Both the position numbers and the translations under genes were made by a program. A stretch of DNA of 62,310 bases, filler included, from Squatina squatina (Eukaryota): the NCBI GenBank assembly GCA_031763465.1. It is 4 parts of 4 records of this genome, joined end to end, with 100 filler letters (N's around TTAATTAATTAA, not from the genome) between each part and the next. Parts side by side here need not be neighbours in the genome. Positions count along the whole stretch, not along the records: positions 1 to 14,373 come from JARFOE010000222.1; positions 14,474 to 29,225 come from JARFOE010000019.1; 2 more parts are not named here. One strand, given 5' to 3'. Shown here one piece after another: positions 11,958 through 26,022 of the stretch (positions within the stretch are counted from its first letter, which is position 1; every line of letters begins with the position of its first letter). The notes under the pieces were generated by a model that was not told where the DNA came from, searched no databases, and was given only the letters and a program-made list of their open reading frames with translations.

Positions 11958-12834
<877 letters not shown>

Positions 12835-12935
12835 GNNNNNNNNNNNNNNNNNNNNNNNNNNNNNNNNNNNNNNNNNNNNNNNNNNNNNNNNNNNNNNNNN
12901 NNNNNNNNNNNNNNNNNNNNNNNNNNNNNNNNNNN

Positions 12936-14373
12936 TGCTAGTTACATCCTCAAAACTGCAAATACATTTGTTAAGCACAATTTTCCTTTCATAAAACCAT
13001 GTTGATTCTGCATAATGATATTATGATTTTCTAAGTGCCCTGTTACCACTTCGCTAAGCATTTTTCTGATCTCTGATGTCAGGCTAACTGGCCCGTAGTT
13101 CCCTGTTTTCTCTTTCCCTTCTTTCTTGAATAGCGGGGTTACATTTTCTACCTTCCATTCTGCTGGGACCGTTCTAGAATNNNNNNNNNNGGGAATTTTG
13201 GAAGATGACAGCGAATGCATCCACTGCAGGCACCTCTTTTAGAACCCTAGGATGTAGGGCATCAGATTCATGGGATTTGTTGGCTTTTAGTCTCATTAGT
13301 TTCTCAAGTAATTTTCTTTTACTGATATTAATTACTTTAAGTTCCTCATTCTTATTAGCCCCTTGGTTCCCCCTTGGTATTTTTGGTATGCATTTTGTCT
13401 CTTCTACTCTGAAGACAGATACAAAATATTTGTTTAAAGTCTGCCATTTCCTTATTCCCCCTTATAATTTCACCTGTCTCTGCCTCTAAGGGACCAACAC
13501 TTACTTTTGCTACTCTCTCCCTTTTTACATGCTTGCAGAGGCTCTTATAATCTGTTTTTATATTTCTTGCTAGTTTACTGTCATTTTAATTTCTCCCTTT
13601 TTATCAATGTTTTGATCATCCTTTGCTGATTTCTAAAGCCCTCCCAATCCTCAGACTTACTACTATTGTTCGCAACATTATAAGCTTCTTTTAATCTAAT
13701 GCTATCCTTAACTTCTTTAGTTAGCCACAGATAGATCACTTTTCCCATGGAGTTTTTATTTCCCAATGGAATGTATATTTATTGAGAATTTAGGAAAATT
13801 TCTTTAAATGTTTGCCACTGCTTATCTACCATCATACCTTTTTAATCTAATTTCCCATTCCACCTTAGCTAACTCACTCCTCAAACCTATGCAATTAGCT
13901 TTATTTAAGTTTAAGACTCTTGTTTCCAACTGAAATATTTCACTCTCAAACTCAATGTGAAATGTTATCATATTATGATCACTCTTCCCCAGAGGGTCCT
14001 TTGCTAAGAGATTACTAATTAGCCCTGTCTCATTACACAATATAAAATAAAATTAGACTGTTTCCTGCTCGGTTCCATCAGGTATTGCTCTAGGAAACTG
14101 TCTCACATGCATCCCATGAACTCGTCCTCCAGACTACCTTTGCCAATTTGATTTGCACAGTCTATATGAAGATTAAGTCCCCCATGATTATTGTATTACC
14201 TTTGTTACAAGCTCCTAACTTTTGTTGATTAATTCTCTATACAATGGTATCACAACTGTTTGGGGACCTATAAACTACTCCCACCAGTGATTTATGCCCC
14301 TTGTTATTTCTTATCTCCACCCATGCTGATTCTACTTCCTGATCTTCCGAGCCAAGATCCTGTCTCACTACTG
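12936..14373 (-). mobile_element. CR1 LINE ORF2 (endonuclease-RT linker region), decayed
   Basis: Fragments PLGKSDHNMITF, WLTKEVKDSIRLK and VPAEWKVENVTPLFKKEGKEKTGNYGPVSLTS..NQHGFMKGKLCLTN, with stops and frameshifts. Confidence 0.92.
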
Positions 14374-14473
14374 NNNNNNNNNNNNNNNNNNNNNNNNNNN
14401 NNNNNNNNNNNNNNNNNTTAATTAATTAANNNNNNNNNNNNNNNNNNNNNNNNNNNNNNNNNNNNNNNNNNNN
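14374..14473. other. Artificial concatenation linker N44-TTAATTAATTAA-N44
   Basis: 12-mer with stop codons in all six frames at 14418-14429, centred in exactly 100 nt. Confidence 0.97.
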
Positions 14474-14604
14474 GACAGAACTGGTATCACGTTCTTAATT
14501 TGAAAAAGACACAATGCAGCTTTTAGTTGTTATGCAGCAATACAGCGTGCTGTATTTAGCAGTTCCTGTTTTAAATCTTTGATTTCTGCCCGAGGTAGGT
14601 ACTT

Positions 14605-14796
14605 CTATCTACAGGCGCAGGTCTCCACTGACATATTAGGGTACACCTTTAAGACCACGTTTTTGTTCTCGTCGAAGAAAAGAACGCTCAAAGCATTCAT
14701 TTTGTCGGGTACACAGCAGGGCTCTGGAATTCCCGGGATAATCCCAACAGCCTTGACAATGCTCTGGATTGTTGCATGATTGGAGGGACGAACCAC
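14605..14796 (-). CDS. GDF10: GDF10/BMP3b last coding exon (TGF-beta mature domain C-terminus)
   Basis: Acceptor TTTTATCACAG|GTG, then [77 protein letters not shown] and NMSV match GDF10 rather than BMP3 (LKPS, GVVPG, PEKMS, NMTV). Confidence 0.88.
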   Translation of the reverse strand: MVRPSNHATIQSIVKAVGIIPGIPEPCCVPDKMNALSVLFFDENKNVVLKVYPNMSVETCACR

Positions 14797-17549
14797 CTGT
14801 GATAAAACGCAAAATAAACTCATTAGTTACTTAAATGCTCTGTTCACAGTTCGTCGACAGGAGAAAGTTTTATGTCTTGAGTCTGTGAATTTCAAATTCA
14901 TAATCCTCTTTTGCGCTGGAGTATCACATTCAATAGAATAGAATATATCTAATTGATCACAGCTCGACACAATTCTTATTAGGAAACTACTGTATTAGGC
15001 TGTTACTGTATTACTAATATAAATGCCAACTAAATTTGTGAATAGTTAAACGTGTGGTCACAGTAATTCCTCTGAGTCATATTGCGCTCAGAGCTGCCAG
15101 AATTTTTGAAGACACTGAGAAGCATTGTAATAGTCAAAATGAAGTATTAAAAAAAATTATATAACTAATGAAAGAGACGTAGTGAGTTTTGTGGAATATT
15201 TTGTAAGTCGAAATCCCCTCTACCCTGACTTCCTTCGCCTAGAAAAAGTAAGCTGTTTTCAAAGCCTGATTTACACCCAAATTTCTGTCCCTTTTAAAAA
15301 TAAAACCAAACACAAAGGAAGTCATATTCCATATTTTGTCTTTTAAAGCAAGTAGCTGCATCTGTGCTGTACCAGAAAAGGCCACTTTCTCCTTGAATTC
15401 CAACTTTGTGCCCGATAGCCATTAAATGAGGTCTATGTCAAGACCCGCCATGACTTATGGTAAATGCCTTTTACATGTGAAGCTGACAGGATAACTTATG
15501 AGTGATACCTTATGGTCCATCTTGTGAAGAGAGATATTCATCATGATGCATGGCTAATTAGCACTTTATTTTAATTCTTGCAATATGCATTCAGCTGAAA
15601 AAAACATTCTAACTATTATTTGTATTGCTTTTGTAGTCCTAAGAAAATCAGNNNNNNNNNNNNNNNNNNNNNNNNNNNNNNNNNNNNNNNNNNNNNNNNN
15701 NNNNNNNNNNNNNNNNNNNNNNNNNNNNNNNNNNNNNNNNNNNNNNNNNNNAAGCTGAAGAGCATTGGAACAGGTGTCATGAAAAAACAGGAAAATTAAA
15801 TTAAATCAGCATTGTTTTTTGTTAATCACAACCTCCAGAAATATTCATGTTATATTTTAAACCATATTTTACAAATATATAATTAATGCAGGGAGAAGCT
15901 TGGTGCAAATTTTGTTTTACATAAATAAAAAGTTTTGAAAGAGGGTAAAAAGTTTAGGCGCGAGAAGAGTTGATGAGCTAGGAAGTTAAGAATGGCCCAT
16001 ACATGTATATACACATCTGCATACAACGGGGAGAATGACTAACGAAACCTTGCCTTTTCTAAGCAGCGGTTTAAAAACAATTGTGTCTTCATGTTACACT
16101 TATGGACTATCAAAATACTTTGACATGATTGTGTGAGTTTTATTTCAAATAAGTTGATTGATATATAGGATTGACTACCCTTATTCTTCTGGTGTAGCTT
16201 TGTGTTTGTTATGCATCTGTGCTCACTCCCACGAAACAATGCAGACAACCATGTCCAATCAGAGCAATGGGTGGCCTCAATATTTAATTCACAGCTTTGC
16301 AAAATAAAAGGGTCTTGTCTGCAGAAAGAGAGACTACATATTTCTACTCTATTATCGGGACATAAATGAAACTCCTTAAGTCCATTATTTTTCACTATAC
16401 CAGTGGCAGTAATAATCTTTCCACTGTGCCATTATTATTGTAGGCTACTAACCTTTGCTTGCAGTATATATAAGTCTGTTAACATGGTAAATGTNNNNNN
16501 NNNNNNNNNNNNNNNNNNNNNNNNNNNNNNNNNNNNNNNNNNNNNNNNNNNNNNNNNNNNNNNNNNNNNNNNNNNNNNNNNNNNNNNNNNNNNNGACTAA
16601 ATTGCATATTAATAAATGCAAGGGTGTTTTTTTTAATTTTACCGTTAGCATTTCCCCCCTACTTTATAACAGGCATGAAACAATAAGAGTCGACCCAGGT
16701 CTCTGCTGTTGTAGCCTCTGTTTTCAATGAAAAAAAGTGCTTCTTAATTAAAGGTTTGGTAAACTTCTCTTTGGGAATGATCCAGGGCACCTTTTGTTTG
16801 ATGGGCTGATTTTATTCACAGCTTTATGTACATGACCTCCACGGGAGCAGTGTGTTGACCTCGCCTATTTTTGTTTTCTTGTCTGCAGTGCTTTTACACA
16901 ATGCTGCTCCTGTGATAAGAAGGCAGCTAACAGCAGGAGATAGCAACAAGCTGGGCCGCTAGGGTCAGTATCCCATTTACTGCTTTCTCCCCTTCAATTC
17001 GGTTGAAACCTCCATTCATATAAAGTACTTGTCTTAGCCTTAAACCAGCACAGAAAACTGCCTTGATACTTTGACATTGTTACTGGAGAATTGAGGAATA
17101 AATCAACGATAGCTAATATTTCTTGCACTATTTTATTGCAGAGCAGCAGGAAAGCAAAGTCATTAAGCCCTATTGCTTTGATTCCTTTATGCTACTGAGA
17201 TGATGAAATAATAAGTGGGTAGAGAAGGAATTCAAATTAGCTCTGGGTCACGTAATTCCTCCATTCTGTATATGCTTAATCAACAGCATCTCTAAGGTAC
17301 CTTAAATAAAGAGCTATGCAATTTCTGTTCATGCAGAATATCATTGGCATTGGGAAAACTTTTTGGTCATTGAGGAAGGGATATGGAGACTTCTAAACAA
17401 CTGAACTCACAGCTTACCTCGCCTTACCTCCTCCTTTCAAACTTGGTGGTGACATTTAGTTTGGCCTTTAGCCCTTCACCTGATTCTCTTGTGTTTCTAC
17501 GCTGCTCCTTCCAATCTGCTCCAAAGGAAGAAACTACCTGTCTTTGACT

Positions 17550-17656
17550 CCCAAACCCACGATCTCTACCACCTCGAAGGACAAGGGCAGCAGGGACATG
17601 GGAACAGCACTGCCTGCAAGCTCCCTCCAAATTACGCACCATCCTGACTGGACAAT
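17550..17656 (+). mobile_element. LINE 3'-region fragment (common shark CR1/L2-type family)
   Basis: CCAAACCC.CGA..TCTACCACCT.GAAGGACAAGGGCAGCAG..CATGGGAACA..CCATCCTGACT, recalled as a frequent shark LINE block. Confidence 0.6.
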
Positions 17657-20222
17657 NNNNNNNNNNNNNNNNNNNNNNNNNNNNNNNNNNNNNNNNNNNN
17701 NNNNNNNNNNNNNNNNNNNNNNNNNNNNNNNNNNNNNNNNNNNNNNNNNNNNNNNNGGAACATTAGGCCATTCAGCCTGAGAAATAGCAGAATGGCAGTG
17801 GCTGCAACTGGGAGATGCTTCACAAACAAAAATGTATTTTACTTCATTGATACAGCAAATTTTTTTTTATACCTGAAGATGAATTCATTGGAATCTCAAT
17901 GTGAGTGCTACTTTTCACCTTTTAATCCCATGTTATACCAAAAAAAATCAAGAACCTGAGAAGCATCAGATCGCAGGGATTACTGAAGGGCGTTATCCCT
18001 GAGGCTCCATTTAAGCAAAATTGGATGCAATCAGTGTTGATCTTAATTACTTCTTCCTAATTAAGACCACAGCCTATTACACAATATTAATTAAGACTAA
18101 AGTGACATATGGTATGCACATGTAGTGAGCGTTGAGAGTCACTTACATTTTAAATAAAGAAATAACAACAAAGAGCTTTTTTCCCCTCTGCTATTCAGAA
18201 TGGCTTCCTGTAGCAGGGTATAAATTCCTAACAGAGAACCTCCTTTGATATGCTTACAGAGAAACAAGGGGGAGAGGGACAACCTCCTGTGTGTAACAGC
18301 AGGTGTATTGTGTGAACATCATCACCATTTAGCACGGGCGTCGAGCATAAAGATTCCAGTAGCGTAAAAACCGGACTATTAAAAAGGTTTATCTGGAAGC
18401 GATGCAGGTACCCGTGACATCAAGCCCACTTTTTGGAAAAAAGGAAATGCGACAAGAGGGAGAAAAAAATACCATACACACACACACACTTCTAAAACTA
18501 AACTCACCGCACAGGAAGACACATGAGATAACAGTAACTAAAAATGACATGAAACAGAAAGCAAACACAGCATGTCGACGGTCCACTTGAGCCCAGTTTA
18601 TCAAGTCAGCGGAGAAGGAATCTTCATGGTGTATTACTCCACAGTGGAAAGAGTTGCATGCAGGCCTTTTTTTTTCAACAGACAATTTCTTAGCAAGCTC
18701 ATTTACAGGGTGCTGGCTCTAATGAAATGTCGCCAGATGGACAATGGCTGTGAAAAATTTACTCCCTTCCCCACTGATTATAGAACTTTGTGTCTTTGTT
18801 TTGCGGTGTCCATTCAGCTTTGGGCTCTCTTCTTCTTTTGGAAGGGGCAGAGAATTATGGTGGGTTGGGCTCCTTATTCACAAATCACACAGTTGCTGAT
18901 CAAAGCACAGGAGTGGAGGAACGAGAGTCCATCATGGCACTGAGGAGCTGAAGGACAATTACCAAATAATTGGCATTCCACCAATTCACTTGTAGCACTG
19001 TGCCATGGCAACAGCACCTCCACTGTAATGTATGGCTGCTTAAAGTTCCTGACCTTTGCTAATACTACATGTAACATGGGATTAAGTTCGTAGCCCATGT
19101 CCTAATGACTACTGCTCATTTTCCTCCCAGCCTTCTCTATGACTATACTTTGTCAGTGGACTTATAGCAGAGTAGGGAGGTAACTGGCACCTTTTCCTTT
19201 GTACATAGTCCTGTTTAACTGTGTTTAGAGTATTTGTTTTCCATGCTCGACTAGTTAAGATCGGAATTGTACACTTGTTATGGCCTTTTGACATGTACTT
19301 AAAATTCTAAATAGTTAAAAAAACAAGTTTACATTTTTTAATCAAGAAATGAAATAATTATGAAGGTGCCAGCCAATTTCTTTTTTAAAACAAGCCTTTC
19401 TTGTTCAAAAATGCCACAGACAGAAGGTTTAGGTCGTATTTAGTTACAAAACAGTTGCTGTAGCCAGGAATTGGAGGAATAAAAGAATCGGGATGATTAA
19501 AAAGCTTGCCCCAGTGTTGAGGTGCTGCCCTTGTGTATTCATTCAGAAATGCAGCCCCTCTCTTAGTTTTTTCAATTTTGCTTTTCACTGGAAACTCCTG
19601 CCAGAAGCAATAAATCTACATATAGGCCTGGCTTTGACTGTCTATAATTTCAGAGAGAGCAGTCCCTCTCATGTTTCAGTGATCTCCATCTGGTGCCCTG
19701 GCATCTGAAACTATGGGTAAAGAACACAAAAGGTGCCAACGATTCATGGCATTGATTAGCTAAGTGATAATTTTGACTTTAAAATTTGTTTTAGTGAAGC
19801 GAATGCCTACAAATTAGTACAAATTGATTTTTCTTTTGAAAAATCTGATCAAATTGTGCTCCTCTGAATGGTTTTTAACCATCTCTTTCAGAATTACAAA
19901 TCTTTTAGGATTACACTTTGAAAATAACTCAAATGTAGTGATTCAAAGGTCCTGAAATTCCTGGGTCTGATTTCCACCTGGGGCTGGAACCTGATTCCTC
20001 CCGTTTGACCTGGCCTTGTAAATTCTAGTAGGGGAGGTCCATAGATGCGGGAGGGAGTTTCTGGGCATACTGGGGATATTCCGCTCTTCACACCCTTGAT
20101 CGGAGTGGTGGCGTGAGTCCATNNNNNNNNNNNNNNNNNNNNNNNNNNNNNNNNNNNNNNNNNNNNNNNNNNNNNNNNNNNNNNNNNNNNNNNNNNNNNN
20201 NNNNNNNNNNNNNNNNNNNNNN

Positions 20223-20335
20223 CGAAGGGCCTGTTATGTGCTGTATGTTCTATGTTCTATGTTCTATGACTTTGAACACCTCTATCAAATCTCCCCTTAA
20301 CCATCTCTGCTCTGAGCGGAACGACTTCTCCAGTC
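20223..20335 (-). mobile_element. CR1 fragments
   Basis: Minus strand reads SEQRWLRGDLIEVFK, adjoining a (TTCTATG)n tail. Confidence 0.75.
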
Positions 20336-20494
20336 TCGAGATCGTGAGCTGATTCAGCGAAACCGCTCTCTCTGACTCATTTGCGTCCCAGACAACTGCT
20401 CGTGTGGAGACAGTGATCCAGGAAGGGGGAACCACAAGCCTTTAAGTGAGTCATGGCCATGTGTGATCGACATTGTCAGCTCAATTTGTCACAC

Positions 20495-20946
20495 ACTCGC
20501 ACCTCTTGAGTCACAAGGCTGTGGGTTCGAGCCCCACTCCAGGGACTTGAGCACAAAAATCTAGGCTGACACTCCCAGTGTCCAGTGCTGAGGGAGCGCT
20601 GCACTTGTCCGAGGTGCCGTCTTTCAGGTGAGACGTTAAACCGAGGGCCCCGTCTGCTCTCTCAATTGGACGTAAAAGATCCCATGGCATTATTTCAAAG
20701 AAGAGCAAGGGAGTTCTCCCCGGTGTCCGGGGGCCAATATTTATCCCTCAATCAACATCACGAAAACAAATTACCCGGTCATTATCACATTGCTGTTTGT
20801 GGAACTTGCTGTGCGCAAATTAGCTGCCGCGTTTCCCACATTACAACAGTGACTACATTCCAAAAGTACTTCATTGGCTGTAAAGTGCTTTGGGACGTCC
20901 AATGGTCATGAAAGGCGCTATAGAAATGCAAGTCTTTCTTTCTCTT
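20495..20946 (+). mobile_element. SacSINE1-like (Deu-domain) SINE, best-preserved copy
   Basis: B-box GGTTCGAGCCC, Deu core GGTGCCGTCTTTCAGGTGAGACGTTAAACCGAGG..AAAGATCCCATGGCA, tail GAAAGGCGCTATAGAAATGCAAGTCTTTCTTT. Confidence 0.9.
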
Positions 20947-23900
20947 TGAAAGAACTATTCAACTAATCCCACTCCCCTGCCCTTGCCTCATAGCCCCTGC
21001 AAATTTCTCCTTTTCAAGTTATATATCCTACTCCCTTTAGAAAGTTACTATGAATCTGCTTCCACCGCCCTTTTCAGGCAGTATTTCCGATATTAACAAA
21101 ACAAAGCAAGCAACGATTGCATCATTGATCATATCATTCTGATCTTGAACCAAACGGGCTAGCAAAGATGATTTCATAGGGAGAATGGTGCCCCTTTAAA
21201 GAGTTGCCTGTCTTTTGTATCTAACTGTTTAGCAGCACGCCTGTTGTAAAAAAATATAGTTGTTAGTGCAAATTCTTGGGTTTTTGCCACAAGAATGTAG
21301 CAATTTTCTTTCTAGGGGCACAAATGAACTGCTCAAATGCACCAGCACAGAATCTAATGCAGTGGGTTATATATTTTTTTAAGCACAAATTGATAGCCCA
21401 ATTGATATTTGCGCTCTACTCATAATGCTCATTGTGGATGAAACAAGGGGGCCTTTGTTCCTATGTATATCATTTTAAGACATAACTACAACTTCACAGT
21501 GCAATAAATTGGTTATTCTAAGCAGTAATGGCTTCTAAGTAAATGAAACATATGACATCACTACCTCAAATTACTGGAGAATCTAAAGTGTACTTCTGTA
21601 ACCTTTGATCGACTGCCAGTTTTGTTTTAGAAGAAAACATCTTGAATAATGGGCGACATTGTGAACCGAGCTGAAATTCAATATCTAATATAATTTAATT
21701 GATTTTCAATATGTGCAAAAACTTATCTCAAAGGTCGGTCTCTCTCAGCTCACAAGCAATCCTTTATGAGGTGTTTTTCCTCATCCTTTTCCAGGTTGTA
21801 GTCGCAGTTTCTAATTTCCTAGACCGTCGCTAGGCCCTGTGTTGGAGTCTGNNNNNNNNNNNNNNNNNNNNNNNNNNNNNNNNNNNNNNNNNNNNNNNNN
21901 NNNNNNNNNNNNNNNNNNNNNNNNNNNNNNNNNNNNNNNNNNNNNNNNNNNGTGATGCATGAGCTTTATTTTTCCTGAATAACAAATAGCATGTGGTGAA
22001 GTGATTTGGCAATCAATCTGATTTCATTAAAGATAAAAGGGTCACCGTGTCAAAAACGTACATGAAAAATTGCTCGGCCAAGGTAAAGAACATGTGTGCG
22101 TTCAAAAAAAACCCGGAGAATCTGATTAGGAAACAGGTGAAGCTTTAATCGTGCGTTGCCCAATCACGATTATAAATAACTTTAATTCCTGATTTTATGC
22201 ATAGTTGACTTTTATTTACACTATGTGCCCAACATTTAACTTCAGCAAATCTTGAAGGGACTGAATTTCAACTCTATGAAATCTCGCATGAATTTTCATT
22301 GATTTGCTGCTTCACAGCATTTGCAAACGCTATCCACTTTGAAGGACTGATTTTCTTGAAGTTGAGCAAGGGCGCTGCTTTATATTTGCAAAATTATTTA
22401 AAGCAAGAGAATGCAGAAAAATATTAAATAAATCAGTCGGGAAAATTGAATACAATGTGGCCAAGTTGTCTCAGCCCCTGATTACCATCCAGAGGGTCTT
22501 TGTTGNNNNNNNNNNNNNNNNNNNNNNNNNNNNNNNNNNNNNNNNNNNNNNNNNNNNNNNNNNNNNNNNNNNNNNNNNNNNNNNNNNNNNNNNNNNNNNN
22601 NNNNNCCACCTGAGCTTCGGCGAGCGATATCGATCATGCGAAATCGGGGAGGGGGCTGCTGGGGGAGTGAAAAGAGAAGGAGAAGTGCATCTATTTATTG
22701 TGACAGCTTCAGGGAAGGAAGCAAAATATTTTATTAGCTTACTAATGACTGGCTTGTACTGTTGGTTTAGTGCATGATAATATGAAATGAACAGCGGTTC
22801 ATTGTTCCGTGACAGAATGAAGCCCTGTATGGAGTCACTACAGGACCCTACACATCACAGGCCCAAAGAAATTATACACTGCTATATTTTTTGCTTCTGT
22901 TGCTGTTTTATTGGTCACGTGAAGAGGTCGGGAAGTCAGCTCCTATACACACACAGTCGAGGCGAATTAAGCCCAAGAATTCAGTGAATTAAAGTTAATT
23001 CTGAAGAAGCTAAAACAATGTTGCTGCAATTTAAAAAACATGGTTGCTTTCTTATNNNNNNNNNNGTTCAGTCTAAAGCTCTGTTTCATAATGATTGCTT
23101 TAGTCTCAATTCGCAGCGACACACACACAATCCAGACAGCACAACATCATACTTATTTCTGCACAAAATTACTAATGTACTTTGTTTTGTTCTTCTATTA
23201 TTTCCCTGAGCCAATCTGTGCCTCAGGAAAGGCAGTGGCCAAATCCCAGGCATTCTTGGCTGCCATGCTCCTGCGGATGTCAAACGTGAATTGTTGATTG
23301 TCCAGAAAGGCGCAACTGTGACACATTAGTGCACATACCAGGTTTTAAAAATGCAACCCTGTGTTGTTTCTTTTCCCCTTAAATAATAAACGTCAATATT
23401 TTATTCGTAAACCCAATCCTCTGCCAAGTGTTCTGAGCCATGTGATGCTGGGATATGAAGAAGTGCAGCCTTTAAGTAGTGTTGCCCCCTTATTAGCCCT
23501 GGGTTTTCCCCCCTTTTTTTAACCTCTCCCAGTAGATTACCTGGCTGCGGTGTGGANNNNNNNNNNNNNNNNNNNNNNNNNNNNNNNNNNNNNNNNNNNN
23601 NNNNNNNNNNNNNNNNNNNNNNNNNNNNNNNNNNNNNNNNNNNNNNNNNNNNNNNNTCTGCTCCTCTACTTATGACTCGGGATCATTCTCTTATAAATCT
23701 TTTCACTGAAATCCCCACTATACTTTGAAGTTCAGTAAAGACAAACTTTCTTTGGTTTTATGTCAGTTTTCTACCTCATCCACCCTGACTTGCATCCATT
23801 TCTACCTCTGCATTTTTCTTATTTTTCTCCTAATTAATCATATAATTTAATCAGCTCATTATTACAATTATCTTGTTTTCGGAGCTCCCTCCACATTCAG

Positions 23901-24287
23901 ACCATTCGCTAAAAGTTGAAACCTCTTATGTTGCAGTGATTAGGTGTTAATTTTATTTCAAACCAGCAGACCATTTCAAAAATACACTCACTGCCCAGAA
24001 ATTCATACATAAATAATCTTCTTAAATAAGGAACTCACCTCAACTCGGCTCCAGTCTACCAGCTACTAAATGAATGCCAGCATTGCTAAAGTCAGCGGGA
24101 GTCCCATTGGAAAAGAATGGCCACATTTGGAAGGAATTGTAGACTCCTGGGCCCCAGGACAGGTCCCCCGACAGTCGGCCTTTGATTAAGGGTTGACTTT
24201 CAGCAACTTTTCGGCTTAAGGCAGTCAGTCAATGTGATGCTGTTGTAAATAAGGCTAATCAACTGGGTGCAATCGTTGATTTAATAA

Positions 24288-24497
24288 TAGGGTGACCAGA
24301 TTTTCAGAAGTCAAAACTGGGACAAAACTAACCTTCCGCTTCTGGTAGGCTGCAAACCACCTAGGGCGCCGCCATCTTGGAATCTCCTAGTCTGCGCATA
24401 CGCAGCCAGGTCTCCGTCGAGTGAGCACATAAAACCGGGACATTTGAGCCATTTTCAAAAAAATTGTCAGGACACTGGGAGGTTTGCTGAAAAATCA
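24288..24497 (+). mobile_element. Second hAT-Blackjack-like MITE copy, right TIR missing
   Basis: TAGGGTGACCAG left end; shares GTCGAGTG.GCACA.AAAACCGGGACATTTGAGC with the 710-1009 copy. Confidence 0.8.
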
Positions 24498-25467
24498 GTT
24501 TTGATCCCATTTCCAAGTTCCTGACTGGCAGGAAGTAGACAGTAAATTTTGACCACGCTGTATGGCATATTCCCCCACTTCCTGTCCCAAAATGACGGCA
24601 CTAATACAAAGAGACAAAAGGAACAGGAGGCAGAGGAATGAAATATATAGAATGCTCACTCCGGGACCCTGGCTTTCTCTCAATGTAGAGAGTGCTGCTC
24701 CACAAATCAACGCCACATGTCTCCCAATAACAATTTTCATAACTGGACAAAGGGCGTATAATTAAGTTCTTTGGACCTTGTGCAGGGCTGAGTCCCACAG
24801 GGGGAGGAAGCAATCATGTAAATTGTAAAGGTTCTGGTCCAGGATGTTCTGTGTTATTATGCACAGCAATAAAGGCCAAAATGAAACAAGAGGATCCTAA
24901 AGCAAACTGCATGGCTGAGCAGAGAAGCTGGAGTGTTCCTCTGTAGAACCAGCTCCGTCAGCATATCTCCAGTGAACAGGGAGCATTCCTGCATAGAATG
25001 AGAGCAATAAAATGGTTTGGTTCTTAAAATATGAATTGCTGAGGAAGGGCAAGGGGTTAATTAACATATTTAAATGAAATGCAGGTTTTCTCAGTTAAAA
25101 GGAACAATTTTCCGAGCGAGCGCTACCAGATATGCACATCTGGGAATCGTGGGTCCAGACAGCCTCTCCCACTGGCTGCCATTTCATGGATTTGCAGGCA
25201 CACTGCTCTCAATTTGCCATCCATTTACAACCAACTGTGACTCGATATATTCCTGGATGTTTCAAGACATGATGTCCCACCCGACCTGACCCCCGCACCA
25301 CTCCCCTGCCATTGTTCACCCAACATGTCTGACATCATGTCACATCGCCTTCCCACGCTNNNNNNNNNNNNNNNNNNNNNNNNNNNNNNNNNNNNNNNNN
25401 NNNNNNNNNNNNNNNNNNNNNNNNNNNNNNNNNNNNNNNNNNNNNNNNNNNNNNNNNNNGAGAGCAG

Positions 25468-26022
25468 GTCTCATCTGAAAGACGGCACCTCTGGCAGTAG
25501 AATCATAGAATCATAGAATGGTTACAGCACAGAAGGAAGCCATTCGGCCCGTCGAGCCCTTGCCGGCTCTCTGCAAGAGCACCTCAGCTAGTCTCACTCC
25601 CCCCGACCTTTCCCCGTAGCCCTGCAAAAAAAATTCCATCAAGTACTTATCCAAATCCCTTCTGAAAGCCGCAATTGAATCCGCCTCCGCCACCCTGTCA
25701 GGCAGTGCATTCCAGATCCTAACCACTTGCTGCGTAAAAAAGTTTTCCCTCATGTCGGCCAATCCCCTTAAATCTGTGCTCTCTAGTTCTCGACCCTTCC
25801 GCCAATGTGAGCAGTTTCTCTCTATCTACACTGTCCGGACCCCTCATGATATCGACCACCTCTATCGAACCTCCTCTCAACCTTCTCTGCTCCAAGTGGA
25901 ACAACACCAGAGCCTTAAATCTGGGGTTGTTCTCTCTCGGTACTGCACTGGAGTGTCAGCCTTGATTTTGTGTTCAAGTCTCTGGAGCGGGATTTGAACC
26001 CATAACCTTCTGTCTCAGAGAG
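25468..26022 (-). mobile_element. SacSINE1-like 5' part interrupted by a CR1 insertion
   Basis: SINE pieces TCTCATCTGAAAGACGGCACCTCTGGCAGT (to 25498) and CTCTCTCGGTACTGCACTGGAGTGTCAGCC..GAACCCATAACCTTCTG (from about 25931) flank the CR1. Confidence 0.8.
25499..25910 (-). mobile_element. 5'-truncated CR1 (ORF2 end, 3' UTR and short tandem tail)
   Basis: LEQRRLRG..RENFFTQQVVRIWNALPDRVAEADSIAAFRRDLDKYL; AGAATCAT tandem tail. Confidence 0.9.

Noticed and set aside
14418-14429. Biological palindrome or homeodomain site TTAATTAATTAA
   Set aside because: Occurs three times centred in identical N44 flanks, so it is a synthetic linker
14605-14796. BMP3 assignment
   Set aside because: Most diagnostic residues match GDF10, although LS.LFFDENK is BMP3-like; a phylogeny would settle it
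17415-17540. Minus-strand exon with two GTAAG donors
   Set aside because: Peptide unrecognised, acceptor weak and adjacent to a LINE fragment
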